From contig DF237342.1 of the NCBI GenBank assembly GCA_000708835.1, positions 1 to 64,000 of the forward strand: a DNA stretch of 64,000 bases, read 5' to 3'. Each line of letters begins with the position of its first letter. The stretch's first letter is position 1. The notes below the pieces were generated by a model. That model saw only the letters and a program-made list of their open reading frames with translations. It had not been told where the DNA came from and ran no database searches. This stretch comes from Klebsormidium nitens. Taxonomy: Eukaryota; Plantae; Klebsormidiophyceae. Shown here in pieces: positions 59,704 to 64,000 of this stretch. A program made the translations under genes and the position numbers.

Positions 59704-60480
59704 TTAAAGCTTACAATTTAGCATAGCGTTGTAGAAGAAGCTTGCGGACCCGCCCCTATCTTTCTGACATTTCAAGATTCGATCGAAGCGATAAGGTGTA
59801 ATCTTGCCCGTCAAATTCATCATCGACGGTCCGCGCAGCCCTCAGGCAAATTGAGGCAATTTGCAGTGTCAATCGACCCAGACCGTACGGAACTTGGAAA
59901 TCGAACCGCCGCGCACGTCGGTACTTATATTTTGACACGCGGCGCGCGGTGAAGTCAGCCAGCGCGACCGCAACCGGCGCAACGTACGGAACTAAAGTAC
60001 GGAATATTATCTGACAGTTAACCTCTACAGTACATGCAACTTATTTTGGCCGTTGCGCGTACCGGGTATTGAAAGTCACGCGAACGTGTAGAGGATCCGG
60101 ATCATTTGAAACCTAGCTTGCAACTCGGTCTGCGACTGCAGCTAATGCACTTCGGCCGGTCAAAAGAGCACGGTAGACTTTGAACCGGTACCCCGACCTG
60201 CCCCACTACTAGTCTCACGTACTGATCGGTAGTAGTGCCGGTAGAACTATACATCCTCAGTGCGCAGCTTGGGCAACCGCCGCCCTCCCGAGGCTCCAAC
60301 ACCATGTTTCGGGCCTAGACACTTGGCAGCTTCTGACTGGCCTTATCGCTTCGAGCGAATCTTGGCCAAAGTCCCGAGCACTTTTCCATCAAGCAACCGG
60401 GCATAGTTACGGGCGGACCTGTCACCTTCTTCTACAACGCTATGTACATTGTAGATGTATGGATCATGAAAAGCTTTTAA
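59704..60480. repeat. Decayed inverted-repeat arms (59704-59797 and 60338-60480) around a spacer of about 540 bp
   Basis: catagcgttgtagaagaag and caagattcg.tcgaagcgataagg on + occur as reverse complements at about 60426-60444 and 60340-60363. Confidence 0.8.
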
Positions 60481-61097
60481 CCGAGGAGATCGGGCTGGTT
60501 ACTGTGCATGACAAAGAGCGCATGGAGCGGTATTAGCCGCTGATGATCAATGACAAACTTAATGAGTGAGCACTGAGTACTTATCAGCACAGTGGGCGAT
60601 CATTATATAGAGGCGCATTGAGGGCGCATGGTTCATCATTCAGATTAAGCGGACAAGCAGATCCGCATTCTCCTTCCAGAAGCGTCCCTCATATCCAATT
60701 AAGGCTGTGAATCGTCCTCTTGAATATTGGCCCGGTGAGCTTTTACCGTGCACGGACTCAGAGATGCGTTGACTCGATTTATGTTGTATAACAAATCTTT
60801 ATCAAACCAAACTATACGCCACTAAAAAGTATACTACAATAGTTCGACTGCATTGATCCTTTCTTTAAGTTCCGTTGTCAACGGTCGGCCAGTGTTTTAC
60901 TCGTCTATATATTCAATCTCACACTTCATATACGTGACATTCTCCATAAACATGTATAGCACCAGGAGCTGTAATTTCTACAGGAGTGTTCGCAACACTA
61001 AAAATGATCGTTCCAAGCTTTTGACTTCGATATTCTCTCAACTTGACCGCAGAAGAATATGTCTCAGTTTCTAGTACAAGCATACATCATCGGTTTT

Positions 61098-63495
61098 CTA
61101 TGTCGCATTCTCCTCACACAACTCCGACTCCACGTTCTCCTGTTCCGCCTTTGCCGGCCGTTCCGCCCCCCCGACGAAGCGCCAGTAACGGAACGCGTCC
61201 TCGAAGCGCTCCGGGCGGAGCGCCGCGCGCCGCGACGCTGCGGCCGCGCCGCGCAAAACCGCGCACACGTCCTCCACCACGCCGGTGTGCGTGAAGACGT
61301 ACGTGTGGCCGATCACGCTCTTGTCGAAACCCGTGGCGTCGATGACGTCAACGTTGTCAGCGAGGGGCACGTGGCGGCTCGCGGAGTGCAGCCCGCGCGT
61401 GCTGAAGTTGCCGAGCCGGGGGAGGCCCCCGTGCACGCGCGCGGACAGGTGGAGGGCCTGGTCGTTGGCGGAGCAGTACACGGTGATGCGCTCGACCTGA
61501 TAAGATGAAGAAACGTGTCAACGATGGAGCGGAATGTAAGAAAGGACGTTATGACCCCCCGCGGTCTATGCACCGCTTGAGTCGCGTTAGTCTGCGTCCG
61601 GATGATCAGCACCCAACTTATCAGACAGAGACGGGTTATCTAGGAAGCCTGTGTTACAGCACAACAAGTAAAGCCGGACGTAAAGCGGGACACGAGCGTC
61701 GGACGATTGAAGGTACAGGTTGATGACCGTGCTTCTGCTTTAACAATAGGAATCTCGACCTAGAAGGTCGAGGGATGTTGCAATGAGATTAACGTAGTAG
61801 TGGATCGCTCAAAGGCGGATCGTTGATTTCCCCTTTTCCAATTAGTCCACTTCTTTTAGCGCTCCGGTCAAGTCCATTGATTCATACTCTCACGGATGCC
61901 TCAAAGATACCGATCCATGAAGCACTGGGAGTTCAACCCAGACAAGAGATGGAGAAGCTCCTGGACTGATCGAAAGCGCATGGCGTCAACGAAAACCGTG
62001 TACCTATTACCCTCTCGACCCTAATTTTATTATTTGCACAAACGCTCGAGGTACGTTACATCAAAGGGCAAAATCAGACGGCAGATTCTCTGCAGCACAT
62101 TCTCTCACCACTTGGCTCAGCTCCGCCTGCAGGTCGAAGAATTCCCCGGTGTCGAAGTCCGGCGCGGCCAGCACCAGCTGCCCCAGCCGCGCGGCGCCTT
62201 TCGGCGCCTTCCACCCGATCAGGCGCGCGAGGCCGTACAGCGCAACACGCGAGCCCATGCTGCGCGCGAGCACGTGCACCTTCTCCAGCCGGTATGACGT
62301 CAGCAGGCGCTTCATAAAGGCAACGAAGTGGGAAACCGCCCACATCGCGTGCGCCTCGTCGCCGCCGTACTGATCCACCGACTGCGGGAGCAGGGTTATC
62401 ATAATTGAGGGTTTTAGGGTTATGGAAATGAAGGACGCTAGAGCTGGGTCGTAGGATTTTCAATATCAGTGATGCGGTGCCTAGCTGATTGCAACCTTTA
62501 CCAAGACTCCAAAAGCAAGCGAATGATGTATGTATGTATCGACTAGAGAGCTTGGACGCCCGGATTGTGATGATGGGGCGAGGGTTTGGAGGGTTTCAAA
62601 AGTTCTGGGGTGATCCTCGACGATATACTGGAATCCTCGCCTTTGTCGGCGTTCTCGAACAACCCGTCGAAAACATCATTTTGGGGCGAGGTCAAGGGTT
62701 CGAGCTATTGTTTCTAAACATGCCGTAGCTCGGGGGCGCCTCAATTGCCATGTTCTTCTAAAAGGCGAGACTAAATTGAGTGCGGGTTGTGCATGCGTTC
62801 TAGATGTCAACGGTCGGTCTAGTTACTCCGTCCATTCTCCACATAGTTTGGTCCCTGCCTCTTAGAAGCAGACCAGTAGAAAACAGAGGACTTCAGCCTT
62901 TGTGATGTTCTGCAAATGCTCGAAACTACATCAGGCAAAAGGTGAGCGCTTAAGTCATTTACCTCGTAGAGCAATCAGCATCCGCTCAAGCGAGCCCCCA
63001 AACGAGCTTTTCCGAAGCATACAAAGGCACCTCTTCAAACAATGCAGCGACTCTTCACCTGAAAAGACGGCCAGCTGAAGAGGACGATCGGATTCTCGCG
63101 GAGCTTGTACGCATAGAGCGCCATCTTCAGCGCGGAGTTCGCAAAGGTGCTGTTGAACCCGTGCACGAACACCGTCGTCTCGCGGCTGCCCGGCTCGCGG
63201 CCAGCAACCACGTGGTGCACGAAATGCTCGATGTCGAGCACGATGCACGAGCTGATCTCCAGGCTCTTGCTCGTGTTCCCGGTCGCCCGTTTTCGATGGT
63301 GTGTCCAGCCGAAGGGTAGCTCTGGGCCGTTCGATGCGACGCCGTCGAAGTCGGGGAGGGACACGCGGACGAGGCCCTCCGAGGGCGCGGGCGCGCGCGC
63401 GGTGCCGAAGAAGTCGGCGGGCGTGCGGCGGCCGGAGGGCGCGCGGAGCGTGCAGAAGAAGAGGGCGACCTCCATGAAGCCGGGGGAAGAGTCGC
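61098..63495 (-). CDS. DUF900-family alpha/beta hydrolase, copy 2 (inverted paralogue; 5' part probably beyond the window end)
   Basis: Exons 63059-63495, 62109-62381 and 61098-61496 are highly similar to copy 1, with identical intron positions and an open frame. The nucleophile motif reads ARSMG. Confidence 0.85.
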
Positions 63496-64000
63496 CTGAG
63501 GAGAAACGGAACGGAATGATGAGGAGGGCCAGATCTCGCCTGAGGACTTTGGTTTACGTATCTCAGAACGACTGCTTGATCCTCATCCATATTGGTGTTA
63601 TGACTTCTCTTGTAAGATACTAGATGCAGGATGTTGAGATGGATCAGTGAAAATGAAAATGGAAACATGGGAAACGAAAGGCAGACCCAAATAAAGACGA
63701 GCGTGGGCCAGAACCAAATCATGATTATGTGACGACTATAGTGGCACAATTCGCAATATTCTGGGCCTCAAGCATGCCAAAGACTCATCTTATCAATCAT
63801 TTCTGGCGAACCAAGAATTCCTGACACTGAATCCTGTGAAAGTGATACTTTTCGTTTCTGCTTTTTCAACGATTGATCTTGAACGTCAAACGTTGAGAGA
63901 CCAGACTGAGGCTGGATTAAGACAAACATTCCAGATGGAAGAGCATGCGAAGTTCTTAGAGCAACAAGCGGGACATCTCGAAGCACCGCGCGGCCTGTTA

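Noticed and set aside
60338-60480. Short protein-like frame on minus (FHDPYIYNVHSVVEEGDRSARNYARLLDGK...)
   Set aside because: It has no start codon or in-phase acceptor, is bounded by stops, and lies in a decayed inverted-repeat arm.

Overview
Eukaryotic, GC-rich, intron-rich nuclear DNA from a green plant lineage. A streptophyte alga such as Klebsormidium is the best guess (inference from land-plant-type LTD, LTO1, B3 and At1g04390-like genes, and TTTTAGGG-type motifs). Eight spliced genes were assembled by hand with frame-consistent splice sites, in full or in part: an ARM/BTB protein (-), an NRF1/EIN3-like 'PxWWP' putative transcription factor (+), LTD (-), LTO1/VKOR (+), an RrmJ/FtsJ rRNA methyltransferase (-), a patatin-like phospholipase (+), a very large two-B3-domain protein (+) and a DUF900 alpha/beta-hydrolase present as a tail-to-tail inverted pair. 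There is also an intronless tandem C4 zinc-finger ORF (-) and a possible small membrane protein. The most striking unexplained structure is a recurring set of 'splice-junction echoes': decaying tandem copies, mostly 100-200 bp and often 130-170 bp apart, of exon/intron boundaries stacked in the introns beside GC-rich exons of at least five unrelated genes. There is one 20-N gap at 32717-32736. No rRNA, tRNA or CRISPR is supported. Gene names come from motif recognition only; no database search was run.
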